64,000 nt of DNA from Eledone cirrhosa (taxonomy: Eukaryota). This document shows positions 28,881 through 41,610 of this stretch, in pieces. Every line of letters starts with the position of its first letter. Position 1 is the stretch's first letter. Location of the stretch: contig OZ024746.1 in NCBI GenBank assembly GCA_964016885.1, forward strand, positions 79,918,001 through 79,982,000, written 5' to 3'. The notes beneath the pieces were generated by a model. It worked only from the letters and a program-made list of their open reading frames with translations, was not told the DNA's origin and did not search any database. Position numbers and translations under genes: made by a program.

Positions 28881-29072
28881 AGGCGGTGGATTGGCAGTAT
28901 CGGTAGAGGGTCGGACGCCATGCCTTGAAGCATAGAGTTCCCTCCCTGTATGATCTGAGTTCAAATCCCGCCGATGTTAACTTTGCTTTTTATCCTTACG
29001 GGGGTCGATAAAACAAAGTACCGGTAATGCACTGGGTAATTGCTGGCCTTGTGCCAAAAGTAGAAACAATTA
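28881..29072 (+). mobile_element. Nin/Deu-like SINE, short form
   Basis: Same family. Confidence 0.85.
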
Positions 29073-29478
29073 TATATATATATATATTGTTTAACCTGTT
29101 TAGCTTGCTTCATTTTTTTGGCTCAGGTAGCTGGTAGCTTCACAACCACCGTCTCATTTTGTCTGGCCTCTATAACATATGTTAATTGCTCTGGTCTTCT
29201 TTTAGTCCATTGAGCGCTTGCTGCATATCTCGAAATTTGCGTTCCGCTTTGTTTTTGGCCACCGCCGAAACACGATCTCGCTGAAATTATATATATATAT
29301 ATATATATATCGGCCTCGATATGAATACCCCCTCCGCCTCCGTGGTATTTTCTTCGTGGTTATAAGAGGCTTAGCTCTTTTTCTCGACCGTTATATCGCG
29401 TGACTATCTCCCCCTCCGCCTTTTGGGATTCTTTCTCACGTCGTGTAGACGCGTTCTTGAGACTAGTAAAATGAGGTA

Positions 29479-29566
29479 TCCTCTTGATAAGTCGGCAGAC
29501 CTCGCAAGGACTCTATATCTTTGATATATTGTTTTTGTTTATGCCACGAAACTACGTAGTCGAGGA
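29479..29566 (+). ncRNA. Hammerhead motif, family G (core UUGAUAA, GUC site)
   Basis: tcctc-TTGATAA-gt(c)ggca...tgccac-GAAA-ctacgtag-TC-gagga. Confidence 0.7.
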
Positions 29567-29994
29567 ATTTAGGAGCAGTTTAGGTATGATACATTTTATT
29601 ACTAATTATATCTAAATATTTCTTCTCTCTTCATAATGTATTTTTAACTCTGATACTGGTTCAGTCTAGTTCAAACTGAATTGGTCTGTCCCAGTCATTC
29701 ATTGAGCAACATCGGTGAAGTTGGCACCCTTAACTCACAGTTGGGTGCGGATGCATTCATGTATATATGTGTGTGTCCGCATGTATCTGTGTGTTTCTAA
29801 ATATATTGTATATATATATATATATATATATTTGATATATCTCATATGAAATAATACAGCCAATTTTGCACACAATACAATTAGTTAGCACCCCAAACGT
29901 TTAATTAGGAATATACTCACTTATTTCGTAATATTTGTTGAGTGAGCTGGGATTTGGCCGGAGTATCGCTATTAGCTTTCTCCGATAATGTATT

Positions 29995-30135
<141 letters not shown>

Positions 30136-30190
30136 TCATATACATATGTGTATATATTCATATACACATATGTATATATATATATATATA

Positions 30191-30373
30191 TAGTTACGTA
30201 ATAAACAACATAAGGCAATTATTCCATTTACCAGTGGTTTCTTAAAAGCAAAAAATGTTGCTTTCAATCATCAGAATGAAAAAATCCTAGTCTATTTATT
30301 GAATTGGATTTTTAAGCTTTTAAGAAACCACTGATAAATGGAATAATTCCCTTATGTTGTTTATTACATAACT
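30191..30373. mobile_element. Fold-back element, family H (arms 30191-30249 / 30316-30373)
   Basis: Inverted repeat next to (TA)n. Confidence 0.8.
30223..30280 (-). ncRNA. Type I hammerhead ribozyme, family H (GUA site)
   Basis: ttcatt-CTGATGA-ttgaaagcaa/ttgcttttaa-GAAA-ccactgg-TA-aatgga. Confidence 0.85.
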
Positions 30374-30474
30374 ATTAAGCTCTGTTACCTACATAGAGCA
30401 CTCTTTTTTCCTGGACTTTTCCGACGGAATTACTTCATTTACACATATATATATATATAAATTTATATATATAC

Positions 30475-30556
<82 letters not shown>

Positions 30557-30594
30557 TGAAGACACATAATCTAGTTTTCAGAGAATTCTGTTCA

Positions 30595-30890
30595 CAATTG
30601 TAAAGTCGTGAGAACGATTCCCGGCGGCGCGTCGTGTCCTTGAGCAAGACACTTTATTTCATGTTGCTCCACTCCACTCAGCTGGCAAAACTGAGTTGTA
30701 CCTGGTATTCGAGGGGCTAGCTTTGTCACATTCTGTGTCGCTCTGATAACTTACTTCTCAGGGAGAAGTAAGTTAAGGTTACATATGTCTAGGGAATGAT
30801 CAACCACTTCCACGTTAATTGCACAAGCAGATGTTCCGTCCATCGACTCTGATGAAACACTCTCTGCCGTAACCGACGGAGTGCCAGCTA
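30595..30890 (+). mobile_element. tRNA/CORE-like SINE
   Basis: gtgtccttgagcaagacactttatttcatgttgctcc. Confidence 0.75.
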
Positions 30891-30962
30891 ATACGTATAT
30901 TCATATATGTATACACATACGTATATAAATATACATACATACATTTATATATAAATTTGCAT

Positions 30963-31023
<61 letters not shown>

Positions 31024-31026
<3 letters not shown>

Positions 31027-31219
31027 CGAAGGAAATGTGGTAAGGAACCAGGTGGACCATAACGCACCAAAGTACTCAATACTTGGGGTAGTAGAGTGGG
31101 TAATAGGAACCAGTAAGACCCCGACGGCTGAGCTCAAGCCGTTTCGACGGCTAATTCTGGATTAGTCCAGAATTAACCGTCGAAACGGCTTGAGCTCAGC
31201 CGTCGGGGTCTTACTGGTT

Positions 31220-31225
<6 letters not shown>
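31024..31225. mobile_element. Fold-back element family O (3' halves of a hammerhead joined through putative helix II)
   Basis: Palindrome centred on ctgga-ttag-tccag; each arm GAAA-cggct tgagctc agccg-TC-gggg. Confidence 0.8.
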
Positions 31226-31291
<66 letters not shown>

Positions 31292-31535
31292 GAGAGAGAG
31301 AGATAAATATACACGGGTGTGTATGATTGTGTATAGAAGATTATATTAATAAAAGGAATTCCAACTTTGTCTGATTTACTCGTTTTATTTAGAATCCTTT
31401 AAAATTTATAATGGTTTTAGAATGAAATAGTATGGTAGAATATTAAATGTTAAGTGTTAATTGAACAAGTACTTTCATGCTTTCGCAATCTTCAGGTTCA
31501 TAATGTGTGGTGACAGTCAAGTTTGCAATTTTCAA

Positions 31536-31700
31536 AGGGTCGGACGCCATGCTTTGACGTACAGATTTACGGCCCTTGCCATTCTGAGTTCAAATCCCGC
31601 CGAGGTTAACTTTGCCTTTCATCCTTACGGGGTCGATAAAATAAAGTACCAGTAATGCACTGGGTAATTGCTGGCCTTGTGCCTAATGTAGAAACAATTA
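31536..31700 (+). mobile_element. Nin/Deu-like SINE, short form
   Basis: Same family. Confidence 0.85.
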
Positions 31701-31706
31701 ATATAT

Positions 31707-31795
<89 letters not shown>

Positions 31796-31862
31796 TTTGA
31801 TTAAAACAGCTGGAGGCCGGACTGGAAATATCTTTATATATATGTACATATATAGATAGACC

Positions 31863-31905
<43 letters not shown>

Positions 31906-31907
31906 TT

Positions 31908-31942
<35 letters not shown>

Positions 31943-33615
31943 TAACATGTGCTTGTGCGTTTGTGTGGTTATGTCTGATCTGTTCTTTGCTCTTTATATG
32001 CATACAAAATGTACAGTTCTCATGTATATGTTTGTGTATGTGTGTGTGCCTGTGTGTATGTGTGTATATGTGTGTTTGTGTATGTATGTGTGTGTGTAGC
32101 AAAGTGCCGTTTCTCTGTAACCAACTAATTAATAATTGGTTTGTATATACTACCAAAGTTACACAATTCTCTCAAGTAGAAGATAGTTTCCTTTACTCCA
32201 GTCATCTTTTTGCAGATTGTTCGACATGATATCTGAAAATAGCAATGGTTACATTTCACTGTACCGAAAAGATACATGAATTTAATAACATTAAAACAGT
32301 TTTCGTTATTTTAGACGTGGAGAGACGGTGTTGATTCTAATTCTGCAGACACAACAGAAAGAATGCATTAAAAAATAGTTCCTAGAATGGTTGCAGTGTT
32401 TTGTAGTATTCGTCCTGATTCTCTTCGCTTTCAGTTCAAATCCCGCCGTTGTTCACTTTCCACTTATATATTCAGACTTCAGATCGTGTGTCGGTGGTCA
32501 TGGATGTAAATAGAATCTAATGTAATGCACTCATTTTTATTGGTGACTGAATATTCATGACTAGAGATAGGCAGTCAGATATCTGCAGGTGAGTAGAGGC
32601 ATTATTGTTAATGTTCATTTTTCAGAGCTAAGGAGTATCTATATTTGTAGCTTAGATACACACTGGCTTGTTTGAGAGAATCCGAGAGAATGGAGCCTTC
32701 GAACTCTCCAGCAGTTATCGGTTGGATTTCCAGGACGTGCCAATTCGAATAGAAAAAAAATGGCATCAGGATTAGGGAATTTGTTTAAAGGCGGGTAAAA
32801 GTAGCGGGTGCGGTCCGAGTAAATCAGCCTACTATCAATAGATGCCTGTCAGTCGGAAAATAGCACTATGAGAGAGTACTTGTTTTTGGCAGTAAGTACA
32901 ATCCACAATCATGGCTCCTATGTCAATCACTGGTAGTTACCTCTCAACATTTGATATAATGTTTGTATAATGTTGGCTTTCAAAACTGTTTTTCTGTGTG
33001 AGAATGTCACATTTTTATTTTTATTTTAGACATATGATCAAAGGCTGTAGTCATTCCATCTTTTTTCCCAGCGAGACATTATCCAATGTGCCATTTTTTC
33101 TAGGATGGCTGTATGCAACTTGACCGGAATTTCATTTAGTTGCTATTTCTTGCATAGCAAATACATAACCAAGAAGACGTAATGAAAATGGCAAATACAT
33201 AACCAAGAAGCAAATGAAAATGGCCTCATTAACTAATGATATTATTGATTAAGTCAACTAAGGTCTTTAGTAGTTTAATAGCTGCAAGTCGTTGGTGAAG
33301 TGATAGAAATCACCAACATTAATGATTTGGGGTGTTGTTTGATAACGGAAATATGTCGGCTTATTGATGAGAGGAAGAAACTGAGGAAATAAGCTTAAGT
33401 CTGTCTTCATTGTACAATTCGGACAGAGATAAGCTAACTGTGGCTTGTATCATGTCTAATTATGACATATAGCTTCTCGTATATATACGAACACAAATAC
33501 ACAGACACAATCACAAACACATATATATGCAAAGAGGTTGAAACACAGATGATACATTCAAAATACAAATGACTATATAGAAATAAGCATATTTACACAT
33601 GTATGTATATGTATA

Positions 33616-33670
<55 letters not shown>

Positions 33671-33729
33671 AGAGATACATGCAGTGTAGTTGTGTAGATG
33701 TGGGGGACTGACTGGGACCGATATATTTA

Positions 33730-33769
<40 letters not shown>

Positions 33770-33937
33770 TACACATATACACTGCATGTATCTCTCTTTG
33801 ACACATTGAATTCGATAGGCGTCTATATCTATGTTAATTGAATTACATACACCTACGCATTCAGAGCCATACAGGCTCATAAAAGGGCCACACATAGACA
33901 CGCATATATATACATGTATGTGTGTGTGTGTGTGTGT

Positions 33938-33984
<47 letters not shown>

Positions 33985-34225
33985 CTTGAAAGAAAGAATG
34001 AGACTGGAACAGACAGCGTGTGTATATGAGGAGATATGGATAGAAAGATTATGTTCTACAATATAGAGGTGGGAATTTAGAGTGGTGCCATGATAAAATA
34101 ACAGAATGATAGAGAAAAATGATACAGGTTAGGAAAAGGGAAAAAGTGAGAATGAAGAAAATGTATGCACACTATGAAAGTGTAGTGAAGTAAATGTTGG
34201 GAAAGGAAGGTCTAGATAGATAGAG

Positions 34226-34303
<78 letters not shown>

Positions 34304-34514
34304 TAAAAAAGAAATAATAACATTGGACTAAATAGTATGTATATGAGTTTAGGGATGAATAAATAATGCTTTCTAATATTGGTACAAGGCCAGCAATTTG
34401 GGGAAGAAAAAGAAAAATCGATTATATCACCCCTCGTTGTTAACACCAATATCTCGTCAGCAAAATTGAATGTTGTGCCAGTTTTTTGGTAATTTGTTCT
34501 AAATTCTGATAATT

Positions 34515-34652
34515 TATTTCTAGTTTAGGCACAGTCACAGCAAATTTGGCGAAAGGGTAAAATTGATTAAATCAACCATGCTACTTAACTAGTACTTTAT
34601 TTTATCAACCACGGAAGGATGAAAGAGAAAGTTATCCACGGTGGGATTTGAA
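34515..34652 (-). mobile_element. Diverged Nin/Deu-like SINE fragment
   Basis: gtactttattttatcaaccacggaaggatgaaag. Confidence 0.65.
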
Positions 34653-34667
34653 GGTTAGTCTACCCTC

Positions 34668-34780
34668 TTTAAAATTGAGGTCACAATAGAGGCAACTGAA
34701 AGGAATATAGGCAATATAAGGATTAAAGAGACTATTTTCATCAGACGAATAAAACCAGGAATAAATAATTATTACAACAG
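34668..34780 (+). pseudogene. Probable Penelope GIY-YIG extreme C-terminus
   Basis: FKIEV...NIRIKETIFIRRIKPGINN fits the LxIxExxxIxxxKPxLN pattern. Confidence 0.5.
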
Positions 34781-35223
34781 GTTAGATATGCAGGAGGCAG
34801 AATGATTACTGTAGTAACCCCGCGCATGCGTTTTGCAAACACATAGACCGGATAGGGAAGAACACTTTGATCCTTCGTTTTGTTTTGTCTTGGACTGATT
34901 CACCTTCGCATCTGAAAGAGGTTAATAGGTCTGAATATGATGGTAAAATACATTCGGTAAAACATTGCTTTGTTTTGTTTCATTTCGTATTTTTCTACCG
35001 CATTGTGCCGGCTTTAAAAAGAATTATCAGTCCTTTACTACACACACAGACACACAGACACACAGATATATATATATAACCAAATATTAAACAAGGTTCA
35101 TTGATTATTCAATGAATACAGTTTTACAATAGATTAAAAGCACTCAACAAGGACGTTTTCTGGAGTTATTAATATTATTCAAAATATTAATAAATGGATA
35201 CAGTCACATAATCAAAATATATG

Positions 35224-35285
35224 TTTTATTATATATATTTCGGAGGTACTGTGTTGTTTTTTCAGTACGTCCTCATCAGATAAAA
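35224..35285 (-). ncRNA. Type I hammerhead ribozyme, family I (AUA site)
   Basis: ttttat-CTGATGA-gga(c)gtactg...cagtac(c)tcc-GAAA-tatata-TA-ataaaa. Confidence 0.8.
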
Positions 35286-35371
35286 TACATAAATTGATGC
35301 ATGACATCAACTGTGCTGATGGTTCAATTCCAGTCTTGGCAGTTGAGGTATGTCATGCATCAATTTATGTA

Positions 35372-35433
35372 TTTTATCTGATGAGGACGTACTGAAAAAA
35401 CAACACAATACCTCCGAAATATATATAATAAAA
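35372..35433 (+). ncRNA. Type I hammerhead ribozyme, family I
   Basis: Mirror copy of 35224-35285. Confidence 0.8.
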
Positions 35434-35481
35434 CATATATTTTGATTATGTGAATGTATCCATTTATTAATATTTTGAATA

Positions 35482-35632
<151 letters not shown>

Positions 35633-36244
35633 CATATATATATAAGGAGAGTCAACAAGGAAAAGCAACGCAGAAGAAAAACACAATGATGGCATATTTG
35701 TTTAACGCCTGATATAGTTGGAAAAGTGTTTTAACCTTTTGGACGCTAGACATTCATCAAAAGATAGAAAAAGAAAGAATGGAGGATGTTCGGGAGGGAA
35801 AAGATAAAGACAGACAAACAAGGGTAATAAAGAAAACTGGGAGAAGTACAAAGTTATCTTAAGAGATGAACGATTGAAACGAGCCTTGATTTTTAAGAAG
35901 GTTATCGAAGGGGAGACAATCATTGCTGGAGGTGAAAAGATGTGTTATATATTTATGTAACGTTAAGACACGGTTAAGGTATAGGCATAACATCCCAATT
36001 TCGAGTGAGAGTAGTCGATTAAAGCAATCTTAATAGTTGACTAATACATATTTTATCGGCACCCTGAAATAATCTCAGCTGGGCGACATAGGAAATGAAA
36101 ATACTCAAGAGATAAAACTAAATGACACATTTTTTATCGATATTCTAGTCCAAGAATCTGCTAATCACGGTCCTATAATATATATAAGGCAACATTATAT
36201 TATGGTAATATAAAATAGCAAGGAAAATAAACGCAATTTGACTG

Positions 36245-36333
<89 letters not shown>

Positions 36334-36458
36334 AAATAACAGATTAAATTTTAAGCAAAGAATCGCTGCTTTCACCCTTAATGGTTCTTATATATTTGAT
36401 ATATATTTATGCTTATCGAGCCCTCTTTGGATTTTAGTCTTCAAATGTATTATTATTA

Positions 36459-36527
<69 letters not shown>

Positions 36528-36532
<5 letters not shown>

Positions 36533-36724
36533 ACCAGTAAGACCCCGACGGCTGAGCTCAAGCCGTTTCGACGGCTAATTCTGGATTAGTCCAGAATTAG
36601 CCGTCGAAACGGCTTGAGCTCAGCCGTCGGGGTCTTACTGGTTCCTATTACCCACTCTACTACCCCAAGTATTGAGTACTTTGGTGCGTTATTGTCCACC
36701 TGGTTCCTTACCACATTTCCTTCG

Positions 36725-36728
<4 letters not shown>
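36528..36728. mobile_element. Fold-back element family O, copy 2 (opposite orientation)
   Basis: Same centre as 31024-31225; TA on both sides. Confidence 0.8.
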
Positions 36729-36773
<45 letters not shown>

Positions 36774-36886
36774 TGGATTTCCGAAGGATATCGGGAGGGG
36801 GTGGGGCTGACCACAGTTAAAACTTACTCAATACGTTAATAGAGAATAGGCATCTTTATTTTTCTATATCTATATAAAATAAAGAT

Positions 36887-36917
<31 letters not shown>

Positions 36918-36929
36918 TTACATATATGC

Positions 36930-37003
<74 letters not shown>

Positions 37004-37983
37004 CATTTATATGATGTGTGTATGTGCGTGCATGTGGGTGTGTGTGAGGAGTCGAGTGTACAGCCTTCATTTAATGTCTTATTGCTTCCCTACCTAATGA
37101 TCCCGTTCTCTGCCTCCTTGAGTAACGTCGTCAAGAATTCTGTTTGTAGTTTTCTTGCTATGTGTAAGTATCTGTGTGGGTGTATGCGTATGTTTGAGTG
37201 TGTTGTGTGGGGGGTGATGTGTGTGTGTGGGGGGGGGGGGTAGTATGCGCGCGCGCCCGTGTGTGTGTATGTGTGTGTGTGTGTTTGCGTGCGAGTATGT
37301 GTGTGTGTGTATGCGTGCGTGCTTGAATTAAATGAAAAGGTATACCATGCATTTTCGTTTCTGTTGTAATAAGTTAAACTGCTGCCACTCTCAGAAGCAG
37401 AACTTTCATCGACTGACAAGTGGAAATTCCAAAGAAGCTAGGAACCGTTCATTGGCTGGGGACAGTAACCATAATTTGCCATCTGAGTGAAGGCAAGTGG
37501 GGATCTCAGCAGCAGTCAAACGCTGTTAATAATATGAAAAAGATTATTAACATATGATATCAAATGATCGTAAGCAGGATTATAGGATATCTGAAAACGG
37601 AGATGAAACGAATCCTAAGCTAGTATTGTTGCTCTTGCTGTTGTTGTTGCTTCTACTGTTGCTGTTGCTGTTGCTTCTGCTGCTGCTGCTGGTGATTATT
37701 ATCATGGTGATCATAATCATCATGATCATCGTAATTATTATAATGATGATGACGATGACGATAACAAAGACGATGACAGCAGCGATGTAAGATTAATGAA
37801 TTAATATATGAAGTCATATTTGCATATATTGACCTAATGTACTTATGTATTTGTGCATGTCTGCGTGCAGTTTAATGAGCAAGCAACTGAGATATTGAAC
37901 TCCTAAATCTATGTATTCAATCTTTTGATCATTGCTTTTAACATTTCCTCTTTTAGTTTAACAACTGTTTAAAGTTCCACTCC

Positions 37984-38046
<63 letters not shown>

Positions 38047-38067
38047 CATCGTACATACATACACACC

Positions 38068-38157
<90 letters not shown>

Positions 38158-38168
38158 ACATCGTACAT

Positions 38169-38204
<36 letters not shown>

Positions 38205-38212
<8 letters not shown>

Positions 38213-38943
38213 ATAAATTAACGGTGCCATAGACTCTGGTTATTCCCTTCAATAATGTGCTCAAAGGAGAAGGAATCCTGAGCTCTTTAAAATACAATAT
38301 GTTGAAAAGGTAACACACTAGAGAGAGATAGTGCGCCATCAATCAAAGAGGGAAAAACCACCTGTGTATGGAATCTATAACTTATGTTATAGATCCATTC
38401 AACGTATTGTATTTTAAAGAGCTCAGGATTCCTTCTCCTTTGAGAACATTATTGACAGGGAATAGCGAGAGTCTATGGCTCCGTTAATTTATCGTGATAT
38501 TTCGCTCCTTATAACAGTCTTTCCTCTCTATCTGTTTGGGTGAGCACACCTCTCTGAGTGGTTTTGGGCTGCCCTTTCTAGCAGCTCGTCCCTCAGAGGC
38601 CACTGGTCCACTGCCCTTAAACACGCTGTGCCTTCTCTCTCCCACGTGTAGCTGGACGGTCGCTATAAATTCTGTTGGAGTTGTCTGAAATGTATAGCCT
38701 TAAACACGCTGATGAACCATGGGCTATCATTTCTGTCAACAACTTACTGGCGAAACAGATCTCTTTGGATTTGTACGTGTGTTATATAGTTATAGAGGTA
38801 TTTATTTACACTTTAATTTATATTTTTAATTATCGAGTATCTACTCTGCCTTTCATAGGTTATAGATTCCATACACAGGTGGTTTTTCCCTGTTTTATTG
38901 ATAGCGCACTGTATCTCTCTCTAGGGTGTTACCTTTTCAACAT

Positions 38944-38945
<2 letters not shown>
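38205..38945 (+). mobile_element. HHR element family J with inverted arm (38205-38306 / 38398-38500)
   Basis: Inverted repeat; bounded by TA arrays. Confidence 0.7.
38704..38780 (+). ncRNA. Type I hammerhead ribozyme with full helix III, family J (GUA site, cut after 38775)
   Basis: acacg-CTGATGA-acca...tggc-GAAA-cagatct cttt ggatttg-TA-cgtgt. Confidence 0.8.
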
Positions 38946-38979
<34 letters not shown>

Positions 38980-39074
38980 CTTGATCACCTTGACCGACCA
39001 GTCTGTCGGACGTCCATTCGGCGCCTCTGGTCACAGCACGTCGTGCTGTTTTAGCCATAAGATAACGCCTCCCC

Positions 39075-39186
<112 letters not shown>

Positions 39187-39299
39187 ATATCAACTATAGC
39201 ATACATAGATCGTACATACATAGCACTTGTTGCAGGGACTTGATTTCAATTGGAACTGATTTATATGTTTACTGATACTAATAAAAGGCAATTCAATAT

Positions 39300-39545
39300 G
39301 GAACTCCGTCGGTTCAGTTGTTCGATAAACAGAAATTAATGTACTCGTATCGCAGTTCACAAGGATATTCGGCGTGACACCGTGCATAACGAAGCCCTTT
39401 TAATTGCAGATATAACTTACATTTGCAGCTGAGAGGAATGTGATAAAACATCATGCTTAAGGCACAATGCGCTTCCGGGGATCGAAATCTTGGTCTTACG
39501 ATTGTCAGCCAAACACCATAACCATTAAGCTACACACTTTCACTA
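39300..39545 (-). mobile_element. Degenerate tRNA/CORE-like SINE
   Basis: tgcttaaggcacaatgcgcttccggggatcgaaatc...accattaagc. Confidence 0.55.
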
Positions 39546-41610
39546 ATTTAACATATAAATAAATGATAAATCAATGATGATGTATTAACTGAGTATATAA
39601 AACAATATACAAAAGAGAATTTATATTCAATAATTGCTGTTATGTAAACCTCAGTTCGGAATTTGATAATAGACAGCTGTTGATCTGTTATCAAATTACC
39701 GCTGTTGTTGTTGCTGTATTTGCTGCTACTACTGTTTTTGTCGTTGTTGTTGTTGTTGTTGCCATTTTGTTGTCTGGTCCTAATTCGCCCCTGGTTGAGC
39801 AGGCCCATTATTACATACGTCACCCGGTTTAACAGTATTATTTGGCCCTTGAGTGTCTTTAGCGAAAAGGAATGTGACAAGTATTCAAGTCATGTCTCCG
39901 GTTTTAGAAAACCTGGATACGTTTCACTGCCCGTTCCATCCTCCCTCTTCCAGTTTCAGAGGCCCTAAAAAGGTTCACAGCCATTATCTTTTCCTCCCTG
40001 ACTAAATAGCTAAACACAAAAAAATAAAGCCATTTTTATTCTAGAAATTGTATACTACAGACTTACTATTTCATTCAATGACCTTAAACAAAACTTTAAC
40101 TACCTAAGACTCACCATAAAAACCACAAATACTCAGTTACAAAAACAAAATTTAACACATTAATGCCTTATCCACCACAACCAAAATCATCCATCAAAAT
40201 ATTTCGTATCGAATCAAAAACTTCTGAAACTCATAACTAAGGTTTAAACCGAAAACAAAATTGAACTTATCTCAATGTAATGACTTTAAAAACCTATTCT
40301 GATACATAGAGGACGACTGTCATTAGGCAGCCAGAGCCATCTATATATTAATATGATACCAAACTATTTTCATTCAGTGAACAATTCTTGGCTGCTGATT
40401 CAGTCCCATATCTTACTGGTATTTATTGTATATCGATTACATTGTTAAAAGTGAAACAATACGCTGTATTTAAAACATATAATATTTGGAACATAAAATG
40501 TGAATTAAACAAAAGACAGTAACTTCAGCAATAAATGAAGGAGAATAAAAGGAACAACATAAGATATAAAATAGTAGAGAAGATGTGGACATCAGATTAG
40601 AAATTATACAACAGACGAGATTTCAGACATCAAACGATATTTAAACAATAAATGAATTTAAGCAATAATAAATTTAAGCGAGATGCAAGAATTAAGCAGA
40701 GGAAATTGAAACAACTAAAGTTAATAGATAATCAAACAGCAGCCGAGATTTAATCAACAGATGGGATTTGAATAAGTAATGAGGTTTCAACAATGGAAGA
40801 ATTTGTTTACACCCAGTGGTCCGTTTAATGAGTACAGCTTAATTGGCTATTAAGTGTATTGGACAATCTCAAAACTTCAGATATTTGACTTGCTACATAG
40901 CTCCATTGAAAACTGTCAGCAAAAGAGCCAGTGAGATGGAAAAATAATTTTCATGCGTCTGTACCTATATCTTTATATGAGTGTGTATGTGTGTATGTGT
41001 GTGCGTGCGAGTGAAAAAGTGAGATATATTGGGTGTGAAAAAGAAATCAACATTTCACGTTTCTCATTGAAGCGATCACACCTTTCTGGTGAATTGTCTT
41101 GTTCGAAGCGTTAAATGTTCTGCCTTTGGCAGATCAGCATACGTCACTTATTGCTTTATACTCTGATTAGAAGGCTTTCACATGTAAATGTCATTAATAT
41201 GTTCAAATTATTCTAAAGTACAGACGTACGCCGCATAAAATTAAGTCTGGTGACTGTAGACATATGGTCAGTGTTACAGAATATGTAGGACTGGAGATAA
41301 TATAATCGGTAGAGCACTCGAAAAGAATGAATATTGTTTAGTATATTTATATTTTTGACTGGTATTTATTTCATGAATCTGGGAAAAGACAATTCAGGTG
41401 GGATTTGAGTTTAGAACTAGTTAAAGTGATGCAATATTTTTGAGAAACAACGAGATACGACTACATTAGTTGATAACACAACAATTCTATATAGAATTCA
41501 ACACAAAATAAGACGATTAACTATGGAATCTCTAATAATATCAGAAAATAAAACAAAAACTAACACACAGATACAACATACGTGAAACCAATATATAACT
41601 GTATATAACT

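Noticed and set aside
36333-36432. Island with caaaga/tctttg pairing (related scrap at 6498) as another ribozyme class
   Set aside because: No recognisable catalytic consensus by eye
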